DNA from: an uncultured Synergistaceae bacterium
Lineage (GTDB): Bacteria; Synergistota; Synergistia; Synergistales; 79-D21
Assembly (NCBI GenBank): GCA_964425765.1
Contig: CAYRNZ010000007.1
Location: 9,678-73,677, forward strand
Reading direction: 5' to 3'
Length of the DNA: 64,000 nucleotides
Below the pieces are notes generated by a model. The model was given only the letters and a program-made list of their open reading frames with translations. It was not told the origin of the DNA and did not search any database. The translations under genes were made by a program, and so were the position numbers. This document shows positions 10,330 to 19,637 of this stretch, one piece after another (the first letter of the stretch is position 1; each line of letters begins with the position of its first letter).

Positions 10330-10525
10330 GGCGAAATGTGGCTGACTTGGCATGAAACAGGATGTACCGCTGATTCCGGAAATGGATCGGGATGATTCGA
10401 AAAACCCAAAAGGGACACCTCATAAAAAACCAGGAGACCTAGACGAGTTCAAAATAAACGTGATAAAATAAACAAGCAAGGGTCTGCAGTATATTTTCAA
10501 ATTCCACAACAAGGAGGAAAACGGA

Positions 10526-11908
10526 ATGTCCTACACGTGCGGCCGCAACTTCAGTGTAAGTCCTGACCAGGTTTTCCCGACGATCGCCAGCAACCTTCTG
10601 CGTGATGGATTCGACATCATCATCGACATGGAAAAGTCGAAGGGGAGCCATATCGTCAATGTCAAGGATGGAGCGGAGTGGCTGGATTTCTACACCTTCT
10701 TCGCCTCCGCCCCGTTCGGGATGAACCATCCGATGGTAACCACGGACGAGTTCAAGGAAAGGATTTTCCGTGCGGCGATCAACAAGGTAGCTAGTTCGGA
10801 TATCTACACGATGGAAATGGCCGATTTCATCAAGACTTTCAACGAGATCGCGAAACCGGAAGGTTTCAATCACACCTTTTTTATCGATTACGGGACCCTT
10901 GCAGTTGAAAACACCTTCAAGACGGCCATGGACTGGAAGGTACGGAAACTGCTGAAAGCCGGCAAGGTCGGCAAGGGCGAAGCCATAGACGGCAAGAAGG
11001 GAACGAAGGTCATCCATTTCAGGGATGCTTTCCATGGGAGGAGCGGGTATACCCTTTCCGTTACCAACACCTATGACCCCAACAAATATCAGTATTTCGC
11101 CAAATATGACTGGCCGCGAATCATCCCGCCCAAGATTACCTGGCCTCTCGAGCAGAACCTGGCCAACGTCGAATGGCTCGAGGAAGTGGCGGTAAGCCAG
11201 ATCAAGAAGGCTATCTGGAGCAACCCCGACGATATTTGCGCGATCATCATCGAAACAATCCAGGGAGAGGGCGGCGACAACCAGTTCCGCACCGAATTCT
11301 TCCAGGAGCTCCGCAAGATCTGCGATGAGAACGAGATCATCCTGATCTTCGACGAAGTCCAGTGCGGCATGGGGATAACGGGAAAGATGTGGGCCTGGGA
11401 GCACCACTCTCCTGTAAAACCCGACATCTTCAGCTTCGGCAAAAAGGCGCAGATTTGCGGTTTTGTCGCCGGTCCGCGGTTCGACGATGTCGAGCAAAAC
11501 TGCTTCACGGTCTCCAGCCGCATCAACTCCACCTGGGGCGGCAACGTCGTCGACATGGTCAGGGCTCAGCGCTACCTGGAGATCTACCGGGAAGAAAAAA
11601 TCCTGGATTACGTCAGCAATGTCGCCGGTCCGCACCTCTTCAACGGCCTGCTGGAAATTCAGAAAGAATTCCCCGATATGGTCAGGAACACTAGGGGCAA
11701 GGGCCTGATGTGCGCCTTCGACCTGGTGACTCACGACCTGCGCGACAAGGTGCTTCATGCCTGCTGGGACGAGAAGATGCTTATCCTGCCTTGCAGCACG
11801 CAGTCTATCCGTTTCCGTCCTGCGCTTAACGTTCCGACGGCCGACCTCGACAAGGGGCTCGAGATTACCCGAAAGGCGCTCAAGAAGGCTAAGGGGTGCT
11901 GCTGCTAG
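10526..11908 (+). CDS. lat: L-lysine 6-transaminase (class III PLP aminotransferase)
   Basis: DFYTFFASAPFGMNHP, ETIQGEGGDN, LIFDEVQCGMGITG and PLP-lysine context DIFSFGKKAQICG resemble LAT-type aminotransferases; strong AAGGAGG RBS. Confidence 0.75.
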   Translation: MSYTCGRNFSVSPDQVFPTIASNLLRDGFDIIIDMEKSKGSHIVNVKDGAEWLDFYTFFASAPFGMNHPMVTTDEFKERIFRAAINKVASSDIYTMEMADFIKTFNEIAKPEGFNHTFFIDYGTLAVENTFKTAMDWKVRKLLKAGKVGKGEAIDGKKGTKVIHFRDAFHGRSGYTLSVTNTYDPNKYQYFAKYDWPRIIPPKITWPLEQNLANVEWLEEVAVSQIKKAIWSNPDDICAIIIETIQGEGGDNQFRTEFFQELRKICDENEIILIFDEVQCGMGITGKMWAWEHHSPVKPDIFSFGKKAQICGFVAGPRFDDVEQNCFTVSSRINSTWGGNVVDMVRAQRYLEIYREEKILDYVSNVAGPHLFNGLLEIQKEFPDMVRNTRGKGLMCAFDLVTHDLRDKVLHACWDEKMLILPCSTQSIRFRPALNVPTADLDKGLEITRKALKKAKGCCC

Positions 11909-11948
11909 ACCAGGGCGCCGGATACCGGTTCATCAAGTGAGATTTCCG

Positions 11949-11985
11949 GGGGAGACGGGATTCCGTCTCCCCGATTCGTTTTTCC
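11949..11985 (+). terminator. Putative intrinsic terminator after lat
   Basis: GGGGAGACGG-gatt-CCGTCTCCCC hairpin followed by gattcgTTTTT. Confidence 0.6.
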
Positions 11986-12095
11986 CAAGTCATAGCCAGT
12001 AACCATGCGGATTTGCATCGCTTGATTTTTATGGTAGGCTTGAGCCGACCCAAAGCCCGGTTACGGAAACCCAGGGATGGAAAGAGGACGGGAAT

Positions 12096-13298
12096 TTGCG
12101 GGATTTCCTCTCGGAACTCAATTGGATGCTTATCCTGTCTCTCATCGGGGCCAGTGCGATAGTGGCCTACGTCGGTGATTTAGTCGGCATGAAGATCGGG
12201 AAGAGAAGGATCTCCCTTTTCGGTTTGCGGCCACGCTACACGTCTTCGTTCATCACGGTCCTGACGGGAATCATGATTACCGTCGTGACGCTCTGGCTCC
12301 TTTCGATGACGTCCGAAACGGTCAGGACAGCCCTTTTCAGCATGAAATTCGTGCAACGACAGATAACCCAGCTGACATCGCAGCTCCAGGAAAGCAGGCA
12401 AGAGTACCAGGAAATGGAATTCAAGCTTTTTGCGAGCCAGGAGGACCTGCAGAAAAAGCAGGCGGAGTTGAAGGCTGCCCAGGACAAGTTCGAATCCGTG
12501 CTTGGACAGCTCAACCAGGTCAGGCACGACCTCAAGATCCAGGCTGACAAATCGGCATTGGTGGAAAAGGAACGTGTCAGGCTGGAGGACGAACTCAAGG
12601 GCTTGGAGGCCAAGAGGTCGAACCTCGAGAAATCCGTCGCCAGCTTGAGAGTCCAGATGGATTCCCTGAAAAAAGGCCTGGAGCAAGTCCGTGAAGGCAG
12701 GATCATCGCCCTCGCGAAGGAGGTTCTGGGGCAGGTCCCCCTGTCGCGGGGAAGCAGTAGAGAAGCTGCGAAAGCGGCCTTGTCGACCCTGATGGAGCAG
12801 GCGAAGGTCGAACTCGCGCTCCGATCCGGCGTCAAGCCGGAAAAGATTAGCCTTTTTTCCGAAAGGGAGAACGAACTCGAAAATCCGGAACCTTTCATCG
12901 GAAAGCCCTCCCGGACAGTGATCAGGCTCGTGGCGGAATCGAACGCGGTGAGGGATGAGCCGGTTTCGGTGTCTCTGCAGGCACATGAGAGCGGTTTGGT
13001 GTTCAAGAAGGGGCAAGTGCTGGGGACGAAGCCGATCGGAGCATCGCTCAGCCGAGAAGAGGCGGAGAAAGAACTCTTCAAGCTTTTAAGGGAAATCAAC
13101 TCCTTGTCGATCCAGAAGGGAGTCATTCCGGATCCTTTGCGAGGTACCGTAGGCAACCTGTCAGCCGGGGATTTCTACGGATCTGTGGATCGAATCACGA
13201 AAACGGGAACTCCATCCATACTCGTCCTGGAGGCTGAGGAAGATATTTACAGCGAGGGCCCGGTACGCGTTAGAATTGTCCTGAGGAATGCCCCCTGA
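12096..13298 (+). CDS. Membrane-anchored coiled-coil protein (DUF3084-like)
   Basis: N-terminal TM helices flanking GDLVGMKIGKRRISLFGLRPRYTS, then a long heptad-rich segment (QLQESRQEYQEMEFKL...) and a globular C-terminus; start TTG 12096 or ATG 12126. Confidence 0.55.
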   Translation: MRDFLSELNWMLILSLIGASAIVAYVGDLVGMKIGKRRISLFGLRPRYTSSFITVLTGIMITVVTLWLLSMTSETVRTALFSMKFVQRQITQLTSQLQESRQEYQEMEFKLFASQEDLQKKQAELKAAQDKFESVLGQLNQVRHDLKIQADKSALVEKERVRLEDELKGLEAKRSNLEKSVASLRVQMDSLKKGLEQVREGRIIALAKEVLGQVPLSRGSSREAAKAALSTLMEQAKVELALRSGVKPEKISLFSERENELENPEPFIGKPSRTVIRLVAESNAVRDEPVSVSLQAHESGLVFKKGQVLGTKPIGASLSREEAEKELFKLLREINSLSIQKGVIPDPLRGTVGNLSAGDFYGSVDRITKTGTPSILVLEAEEDIYSEGPVRVRIVLRNAP

Positions 13299-13332
13299 AT
13301 TTCGACAGCCGGAAAGAGAGGAAGGATTGCGC

Positions 13333-13554
13333 ATGTTGATCGTCGCGTGCCAGGTATGCGGTGGGGTAAAGATACTGCCCGGGACTCCCGATAGCGATGG
13401 CATGGCTCGCGCTACCTGGATCTGCGAGTGTTGCGGGACCGGGCAGGTTCTCCAGCTTTCCGTCAGCGCAGATGCGAGGGGTGGGGACCTCAGGCGCATC
13501 CTCGGAGGGATGTCCTTCGCGTGCGGAGACAAACCGGTTGGGGCCAAGGGCTGA
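13333..13554 (+). CDS. Small zinc-ribbon protein (hypothetical)
   Basis: MLIVACQVCGG...WICECCGTG gives CxxC-x22-CxCC; GAGGAAGGA RBS before ATG 13333; stop TGA shares its last base with the GNAT start codon. Confidence 0.45.
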   Translation: MLIVACQVCGGVKILPGTPDSDGMARATWICECCGTGQVLQLSVSADARGGDLRRILGGMSFACGDKPVGAKG

Positions 13555-13979
13555 TGCCGCCGGGGGCTGCCTACCTTTTTTATGACAGCAAGCTGGCAGT
13601 GAAGGCCTTTGAACTCCAGGATCTCTACCGGTTTACCCGGTGGGGCAGGAGTCGTTCCCTGGAGCAGATCGAGCGGATGTTGGCCGGAACAAGCCTGTGT
13701 CTCTCGGCTAGATACGAAGGGAAACTCGTAGCCTTTTGCCGGGTGTTGACCGATTTCGTTTTCCGGGCTTCCCTGTGGGATGTGATGGTGCATCCCGATC
13801 ACCAGGGGAAAGGGTTGGGAACTTCCCTGATAAGGTATGCGATCGAGCATCCAGCCATGCAGGAGATTCCGCTTGTTGTCACGTACACGAGCGAACTGGC
13901 TCCTTTCCTCGCTCCCCTTGGGTTCGAGCAAAAGGAGGGGCTGCTGATGTTGCTTCGTTGTCCCATCGAATATTCCTAG
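13554..13979 (+). CDS. GNAT-family N-acetyltransferase
   Basis: VHPDHQGKGLGTSLIRYAIEH acetyl-CoA binding motif (Q/RxxGxG/A); ATG 13554 chosen, as the track ORF 13428 is an over-extension. Confidence 0.75.
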   Translation: MPPGAAYLFYDSKLAVKAFELQDLYRFTRWGRSRSLEQIERMLAGTSLCLSARYEGKLVAFCRVLTDFVFRASLWDVMVHPDHQGKGLGTSLIRYAIEHPAMQEIPLVVTYTSELAPFLAPLGFEQKEGLLMLLRCPIEYS

Positions 13980-14091
13980 AAACGACGTGGCCGGGCCAGG
14001 AATGGTGTGCGAAAAGAGAGAGGGAAGGTATTAGATGCCCTTGACCCCGAGAAAAACACGGGGGAGGGCTACTTTTTTGAGGAGGTGCTTC

Positions 14092-15303
14092 ATGTCGATG
14101 CGCAACGGGAAATGCCTCATAACTTCTGAATCCGTCACGGAAGGACACCCCGATAAACTGGCCGATCAGATTTCGGATGGTGTTCTGGATGCGATCCTGA
14201 AAGAAGACCCCATGGGCAGGGTCGCCTGTGAATGCATGGTGGCAACAGGACTCGTGATGGTCGCTGGACAGATCACCACGGAGTGTTACGTGGATATTGC
14301 CAACCTTGCGAGGAAGATCGTCAAGGAAATCGGATACACGAGGGCCAAGTACGGTTTTGACGGGGACACGTGCGCAGTCCTCACGGCGATAGACGAGCAG
14401 TCGAAAGATATCGCCCAGGGGGTAGACAAAGCTCTCGAGGCAAGGGAGTCCGGGATGAGCGACGAGGAGATCGACCGTATCGGAGCCGGAGACCAGGGAA
14501 TGATGATCGGCTACGCTACGAACGAGACGGAAGAGTTCCTGCCCATGCCGATCGCTTTGGCTCACCGCCTTGCAAGGGGTCTTGCCGCCTTGAGAAAGGA
14601 AAAGGCGCTTCCCTACCTGCGGCCGGATGGGAAGACGCAGGTCACGGTCGAGTACGACGGGGACAAGCCTCTGCATGTAGAAACGGTAGTGGTCTCGACC
14701 CAGCACCATCCTGCCGTAGACCAGGCAGAGATCGAGTCGGACCTTGTGGAACGACTCATCCTGCCGACAATCCCGGCCCACCTCAGGGAGCGAAAACCGC
14801 GTATCTTCGTGAACCCCACCGGTCGCTTCGTACAGGGAGGCCCCTTGGCGGACACCGGCTTGACGGGTCGGAAAATCATCGTGGACACTTACGGGGGAGT
14901 TGTGCCTCATGGAGGCGGATGTTTCTCCGGCAAGGATCCGACGAAAGTTGACCGCTCCGCCGCCTACATGACACGCTATGCGGCAAAGAACCTGGTGGCG
15001 GCCGGCCTGGCAGATCGGTGCCAGATACAGGTGGCCTACGCCATCGGGGTAGCTCACCCGGTGTCCCTCATGGTTGACACGTATGGGACAGGGAAATTGC
15101 CCGATCCTACACTGACGAGGCTCGTTTCGGAAGTTTTCGATTTTCGCCCGGCAGCGATAATCAGGGACCTGGACCTGAGGAAGCCGCAATACCGGCGGGT
15201 CGCTTCCTATGGTCACATGGGGCGCATTGACCTAAACCCCCTGCCCAACTGGGAACGCCTTGACAGGGTAGAGCCCCTTTTGGCTGCAGCCAGGAGGGAA
15301 TAA
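14092..15303 (+). CDS. metK: S-adenosylmethionine synthase
   Basis: [51 protein letters not shown] motifs; ATG 14092 after GAGGAGG (track start 14035 over-extended). Confidence 0.96.
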   Translation: MSMRNGKCLITSESVTEGHPDKLADQISDGVLDAILKEDPMGRVACECMVATGLVMVAGQITTECYVDIANLARKIVKEIGYTRAKYGFDGDTCAVLTAIDEQSKDIAQGVDKALEARESGMSDEEIDRIGAGDQGMMIGYATNETEEFLPMPIALAHRLARGLAALRKEKALPYLRPDGKTQVTVEYDGDKPLHVETVVVSTQHHPAVDQAEIESDLVERLILPTIPAHLRERKPRIFVNPTGRFVQGGPLADTGLTGRKIIVDTYGGVVPHGGGCFSGKDPTKVDRSAAYMTRYAAKNLVAAGLADRCQIQVAYAIGVAHPVSLMVDTYGTGKLPDPTLTRLVSEVFDFRPAAIIRDLDLRKPQYRRVASYGHMGRIDLNPLPNWERLDRVEPLLAAARRE

Positions 15304-15400
15304 AACGACAGGAAAAGCGGGAATCGGCGGTTCTCTCCGCCGTATCGCGAGCTCAGCCCGGAACGTCATCAGCCATTTCCTCTGGCCTTCGACGTGCCCC

Positions 15401-16039
15401 GTGTGCGGCAGGCTTGGAACTGCGGCCTGCCCGGGTTGCCTTGAGAGCCTTCTTTCCAGGATGCCCGACCGGTGCCTCTTTTGCGGGGGCGGCCCCTACC
15501 CTTGCGGGATACCTTCCCATCTCGCCTACGCAAGGGCGGGTACCTGGCACGAAGGACTCGGAAGAGAAGTCGTCCACCTTGCCAAGTATTCAGGCCGAAG
15601 AAACCTGGCTTTCGAAATGGGAAAGGCCCTGGCGCGGCTCTATCCAGAGGAAAAGGGTTCCACTCTTGTCCCGGTCCCGCTTCACGGGAATTCCACCCGG
15701 TTGTTCAACCAGGCGGAGTGGATTGCACGAGGCATGGCCGAGGTATGGGAGGCAAGTATACTCGATGGGCTTCGCTGGGCCAGACCGGTACCCTCCCAGG
15801 TCGGCAGGAATGCCTTTGAAAGGAGATCCCTTCAAAAGGACGCATTTTCCTGGAACCTTGCCCCGGTCAGGCAGTCCGTCCTTCTTGTCGACGACGTTTT
15901 TACTACCGGAACCACCCTTCTACGGGCTGCGGAAACCCTGGCACTTTCAGGAGTTTTAGTGAAGGGAGCCTACAGTTGGGGTTTAAGCCCCATTGAAGCC
16001 CTTACCGTCAAGTGGAAAGAGGATGCGGTCCTTGCCTGA
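15401..16039 (+). CDS. comF: ComF-family phosphoribosyltransferase-domain protein (start uncertain, probably upstream)
   Basis: N-terminal Cys pairs CPGC...CLFCGG, C-terminal PRTase motif VLLVDDVFTTGTTL. First Cys of a CPVC knuckle lies upstream of the only canonical start (GTG 15401). Confidence 0.75.
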   Translation: MCGRLGTAACPGCLESLLSRMPDRCLFCGGGPYPCGIPSHLAYARAGTWHEGLGREVVHLAKYSGRRNLAFEMGKALARLYPEEKGSTLVPVPLHGNSTRLFNQAEWIARGMAEVWEASILDGLRWARPVPSQVGRNAFERRSLQKDAFSWNLAPVRQSVLLVDDVFTTGTTLLRAAETLALSGVLVKGAYSWGLSPIEALTVKWKEDAVLA

Positions 16040-16349
16040 ACAGCGACAGCAACCACCCGGAGGTTACAAGCCCGACAGGAAGTGGAAGATGATCCTGCTC
16101 TCTATGCTTGGCCTTGTCCTTGTTGGGTTTTTGGTCAGGAAACCGGCCCCGGTTGCCGAAGGTGTAATCCTTCCAGGGAAGGGAGCCCTCCTGTTCTTGT
16201 CTATGGTGATTGTCGCTGGCGGACTTCTGTTCTGGTGGGGTATCGAGAAGGTCTTCTGGAGGAAGTATTTCCCTACCCAGGATACCCCGAGGCCCATCGA
16301 TAGGCCTCGAGGAAAAACGGGAGGGAGCAGGGACCATGACGCAGGTTAG
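16023..16349 (+). CDS. Small two-TM membrane protein (hypothetical)
   Basis: Two hydrophobic helices (ILLSMLGLVLVGFLV; LLFLSMVIVAGGLLFWWGI) between basic tails; start ATG 16023 or 15993; overlaps comF end. Confidence 0.4.
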   Translation: MRSLPEQRQQPPGGYKPDRKWKMILLSMLGLVLVGFLVRKPAPVAEGVILPGKGALLFLSMVIVAGGLLFWWGIEKVFWRKYFPTQDTPRPIDRPRGKTGGSRDHDAG

Positions 16350-16567
16350 ACTTGGTGAAAACCGGCCGTCTCGATGTTTTTCTCCGCACAGACGCGCTTG
16401 ACAGAATCCTCGCTTTCGCAGGGATAGGTGCAGGCCAAGCCGCAGCTTGCCGAAATAAGGCGCGGTACCGGAACGATCCTCGCCGGCAGGCCGATTCCCC
16501 TGCAGGCTTTCTCGAAGAGCAGGGCCATGTGCGTCGTTTCGAAGGTCGCGAGACATTCCAACGGCAA
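16346..16567 (-). CDS. DUF3343-like small protein (putative Se/S carrier-like fold)
   Basis: 73 aa; pattern ATFETTHMALLFEKACRGIGLPARIVPVPRLISASCGLA matches my recollection of DUF3343 proteins. Confidence 0.55.
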   Translation of the reverse strand: MPLECLATFETTHMALLFEKACRGIGLPARIVPVPRLISASCGLACTYPCESEDSVKRVCAEKNIETAGFHQV

Positions 16568-16681
16568 GTTCCCCCGATCGGATGTGAAGTTGGCTTGTTC
16601 GGTAATTATACCTAGACTTCGGGAGTCCGTGAGAGTAGAATCTATCCCCGTAGCCCGGAAATTCCAAAAGGAGGGTGTTCG

Positions 16682-17122
16682 ATGGTTTCAACGAAGAAGG
16701 TCGTTCTCTTTGCAGTCCTTGCCGCTTTCATCCTGACGATGTTCGCTGGAGTGGCCCTTGCCGAAGAGAAGATCGGCGTCATCGAGCCGCAAAAGGTTCT
16801 TTTCCAGCATCCAAAGATGACACAGGTCCAGAAGCAGGTCCAGGCGATCGTCCAGAAAAAGCAGAGCGAGGCGAAAGCGGCCATCGACAAGGAACAGGAT
16901 AACAAGAAGAAGGCTGAGATCTACCAGGCGAAACGTAACGAGGCGGCCACGGAAGAGCAGAAACTGATGGCCCCTCTTTTCAAGGACATAGATCTGGCCA
17001 TCAGGTCCATCGCGAAGGCTAAAGGCTTGACGATCGTGCTGGACAAAGCTCAGGTCTTCATGGGCGGGCTTGATATCACCGAGGATGTCATCCAGGAACT
17101 GAAAAAGAAATTCGCGAACTGA
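16682..17122 (+). CDS. skp: OmpH/Skp-family periplasmic chaperone
   Basis: Signal peptide (VVLFAVLAAFILTMFAGVALA), Lys/Gln/Glu-rich coiled arms, C-terminal IVLDKAQVFMGGLDITEDVI typical of OmpH. Confidence 0.8.
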   Translation: MVSTKKVVLFAVLAAFILTMFAGVALAEEKIGVIEPQKVLFQHPKMTQVQKQVQAIVQKKQSEAKAAIDKEQDNKKKAEIYQAKRNEAATEEQKLMAPLFKDIDLAIRSIAKAKGLTIVLDKAQVFMGGLDITEDVIQELKKKFAN

Positions 17123-17143
17123 CGATTTCGACAAACAACGGTA

Positions 17144-17197
17144 TACCTCACTTAGAAAAAGCCCCCGCTTTAGCGGGGGCTTTTTCTAAGTGAGGTA
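17144..17197. terminator. Bidirectional intrinsic terminator (25-bp perfect palindrome) between skp and livF
   Basis: TACCTCACTTAGAAAAAGCCCCCGC-ttta-GCGGGGGCTTTTTCTAAGTGAGGTA; GC core flanked by A5/T5 runs on both strands. Confidence 0.85.
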
Positions 17198-17222
17198 AAT
17201 TCCTCGAAAGAAATAACGTTTT

Positions 17223-17963
17223 CTAATGGGCTTTCTTGCCTGTGCCCAGATACGCCGCCTGGATCTCAGGATTATGGAGGAGGTCTTTCGCGTCCCCTTC
17301 CATTACGAGTCGCCCCGTTTGCATCACATATCCCCTGTGCGACAGCAGAAGAGCCTGGCGGGCGTTCTGTTCCACCAAGAGGATCGTGACTCCTTCCTCG
17401 TTGATCCTTTTCAGTTCCTTGAAGATATCCTTGATGATAATCGGCGCCAGGCCCAGCGAAGGTTCATCCAGCAGGAGAAGGCGGGGGCTTGCCATGAGGG
17501 CGCGTCCTATTGCCAGCATCTGCTGCTCGCCACCTGAAAGAGTGCCGGCGTACTGGTTCATCCTTTCCCTTAGCCGGGGGAAAAGCGTATAGACCCACTC
17601 CAGGTCTTTCTGGATTTTTGCCTTGTCCTTGACCGGAAAAGATCCCATCAACAGGTTTTCATAGACCGTAAGAGGGGCAAACACCTTCCTGCCCTCCGGG
17701 GCGAGGGCCAGGCCTTTCGAGACGACCTGGTAGCTTTGTCCTTTGAGAGGCGTTCCCTCGAAGAGGACTTCGCCGTTTTGCTTCTTGACGTTTCCCATGA
17801 CCGCGTTCATCAGGGTGGATTTACCCGCTCCGTTCGAACCGATGACGCAGACGATCTCACCCGGGTAGACATCAAGGCTGAATCCCTGCAGCGCCCTTAT
17901 CGCGCCGTACGAAACCTCCAGGTTCCTTACCGAGAGAAGAGGTTGCCTGTCCGAGCCGTTCAT
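17223..17963 (-). CDS. livF: Branched-chain amino acid ABC transporter ATP-binding protein LivF
   Basis: GSNGAGKST Walker A, LSGGEQQMLAIGRAL, LLLDEPSLGLAP; last gene of the liv-type operon. Confidence 0.9.
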   Translation of the reverse strand: MNGSDRQPLLSVRNLEVSYGAIRALQGFSLDVYPGEIVCVIGSNGAGKSTLMNAVMGNVKKQNGEVLFEGTPLKGQSYQVVSKGLALAPEGRKVFAPLTVYENLLMGSFPVKDKAKIQKDLEWVYTLFPRLRERMNQYAGTLSGGEQQMLAIGRALMASPRLLLLDEPSLGLAPIIIKDIFKELKRINEEGVTILLVEQNARQALLLSHRGYVMQTGRLVMEGDAKDLLHNPEIQAAYLGTGKKAH

Positions 17964-18739
17964 GCCTCCAACACCTCCTCTCCAAGGTAAGCCTTGAGGA
18001 TTTCGGGGTGGTTCTGGACATGCTCCGGGTCTCCCTCGGCAATCTTCGCCCCGAAATTCATGCAGATGATATGCGAGCAGATTTCCATCACGAGGTCCAT
18101 GTGATGTTCGATGACAAGGACCGTCAGCTCGAAGTCGCGATGGATCCCTTTTATCAGGCCGTTCAGGTCGTTAACCTCGTCCGGGTTCATTCCCGCTGCC
18201 GGTTCATCGAGAAGAAGCAGCCTGGGCTGCAGCGACAGGGCTCTTGCTATCTCGAGGCGCCGCTGGTAACCGTAAGGCAAGGTCCCCGCAGCCTGTTCGG
18301 CGAGATGGGAAAGGCCGACCCTTTCAAGAAGTTCCATGCTCTGCTTCCTGGTTTTCCCTTCCAAAGACCTCCATCTGCCCAAGTGGGTCGCCGCTTCGAA
18401 GAACCCGTATTTATGATGCTGCTGGCAAGCGGTCATGACGTTTTCAAGCACCGTCGACCTGGGGAAAAGCCGTAGATTCTGGAAAGTCCTCGCAATGCCT
18501 TTCCGGATGACCTCGTAAGTCTTGTACGGTGTTATGTCCTCACCTTCGAACAGGATCTGTCCTCCATCGACATCGTAAACACCCGTGATGAGGTTGAAAA
18601 TGGTCGTCTTTCCTGCGCCGTTGGGGCCGATGAGCCCCGCCAGTTCTCCCTTTTCCAGCGTAAAGGACATTTCCTGGACCGCGTGGACACCCCCGAAGTA
18701 CTTGTCCGTTCGGTCCAGTTTCAAAACAGGCTCGCTCAT
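17960..18739 (-). CDS. livG: Branched-chain amino acid ABC transporter ATP-binding protein LivG
   Basis: GPNGAGKTT, LPYGYQRRLEIARAL, LLLDEPAAGMNP; 4-nt overlaps with livM and livF. Confidence 0.9.
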   Translation of the reverse strand: MSEPVLKLDRTDKYFGGVHAVQEMSFTLEKGELAGLIGPNGAGKTTIFNLITGVYDVDGGQILFEGEDITPYKTYEVIRKGIARTFQNLRLFPRSTVLENVMTACQQHHKYGFFEAATHLGRWRSLEGKTRKQSMELLERVGLSHLAEQAAGTLPYGYQRRLEIARALSLQPRLLLLDEPAAGMNPDEVNDLNGLIKGIHRDFELTVLVIEHHMDLVMEICSHIICMNFGAKIAEGDPEHVQNHPEILKAYLGEEVLEA

Positions 18740-19626
18740 AGCCCGATGCCTCCTTCCGTTGCTTTCGCGGTACCTTTCTTCCGCGAAAAGAGGGACTTGA
18801 TATAGCGGGGGCTGAGCTCATGCTGCCCCATGATTCCCTCCGGACGGGCCACCATGATGATGACGAGGATGATCCCGTAAATGAGCATCCGGTACTGTGA
18901 GATCGGGCGGAACAACTCCGTTACCAGCGTCAGCACCATGGTACCTAGGAGGCTTCCGCTCAAGGAACCCAGTCCTCCGAAAACGACAACCGCCACGAGT
19001 TCGGTCGATTTTCCGCTGTCGAACATGACCGGCTGGATGAACGTCAGGAACCCGGCCATTAGCGCTCCAGCCACACCGCAGTAGAACCCGGAGATCGCGA
19101 GGCTGAATACGCGGTAACGGGCCGTGTTGAAGCCAAGCAGCGAGGCCGCGATGTAGTCGTCCCGGCAGGCCTTGAAGGCTCTTCCGAAGTTGCTGCGTAC
19201 CACGAAGAACATCAGCACGGCCATCACGAGGAAAAAACCCCCGGCGATGGGCAGGGTCGTGAAGTTCTCGATTCCAGGGTATCCGCGCGCTCCACGCGTG
19301 AAGTTTCCGCCGTTCTCGAGAACGAGCCGGATCGCTTCGCCAAGTCCTATGGAGGCGATAGCGTAATAGTCTCCCATGAGCTTCAGGGTTGGTACCCCGA
19401 TAAGGTATGAGACGACCATGGCGATAAGTCCTCCGGCGAGGACGGCCGGCAGCCAGTGAATCCCGTACCGCAGGGTCATGATCGCCGTTGTGTATGCTCC
19501 GATGGCCATGTATCCGGCATGCCCCAGGGAGAAAATTCCCGTGAATCCGGTCAGGAGGCAGACTCCGAGGGCGGCGATCCCGTTGACGCAAAGGAGGATG
19601 ATGATCCCTTCAACATACCCAGACAT
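18736..19626 (-). CDS. livM: Branched-chain amino acid ABC transporter permease LivM
   Basis: Polytopic hydrophobic protein with LTGFTGIFSLGHAGYMAIGAY typical of LivM. Confidence 0.88.
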   Translation of the reverse strand: MSGYVEGIIILLCVNGIAALGVCLLTGFTGIFSLGHAGYMAIGAYTTAIMTLRYGIHWLPAVLAGGLIAMVVSYLIGVPTLKLMGDYYAIASIGLGEAIRLVLENGGNFTRGARGYPGIENFTTLPIAGGFFLVMAVLMFFVVRSNFGRAFKACRDDYIAASLLGFNTARYRVFSLAISGFYCGVAGALMAGFLTFIQPVMFDSGKSTELVAVVVFGGLGSLSGSLLGTMVLTLVTELFRPISQYRMLIYGIILVIIMVARPEGIMGQHELSPRYIKSLFSRKKGTAKATEGGIGL

Positions 19627-19637
19627 CGAAGTCCCTC

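Noticed and set aside
10439-11758. 439-aa ORF antisense to lat
   Set aside because: It completely overlaps a gene with clear aminotransferase motifs and a strong RBS. Its translation is low-complexity (rich in V, D, L, E, G, P and R) with no motifs, as is typical of shadow ORFs in GC-rich DNA.
13980-14091. Possible SAM riboswitch upstream of metK
   Set aside because: The leader is only about 110 nt. I could not find the conserved S-box (SAM-I) core elements or a SAM-II/V-like pseudoknot signature. Only a small CCCCG...CGGGG hairpin is present. A cmsearch would be needed to be certain.
13879-15216. 445-aa ORF antisense to metK
   Set aside because: This is a shadow ORF opposite a highly conserved gene. 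The translation is Arg/Pro/His-rich and has no recognisable domain.
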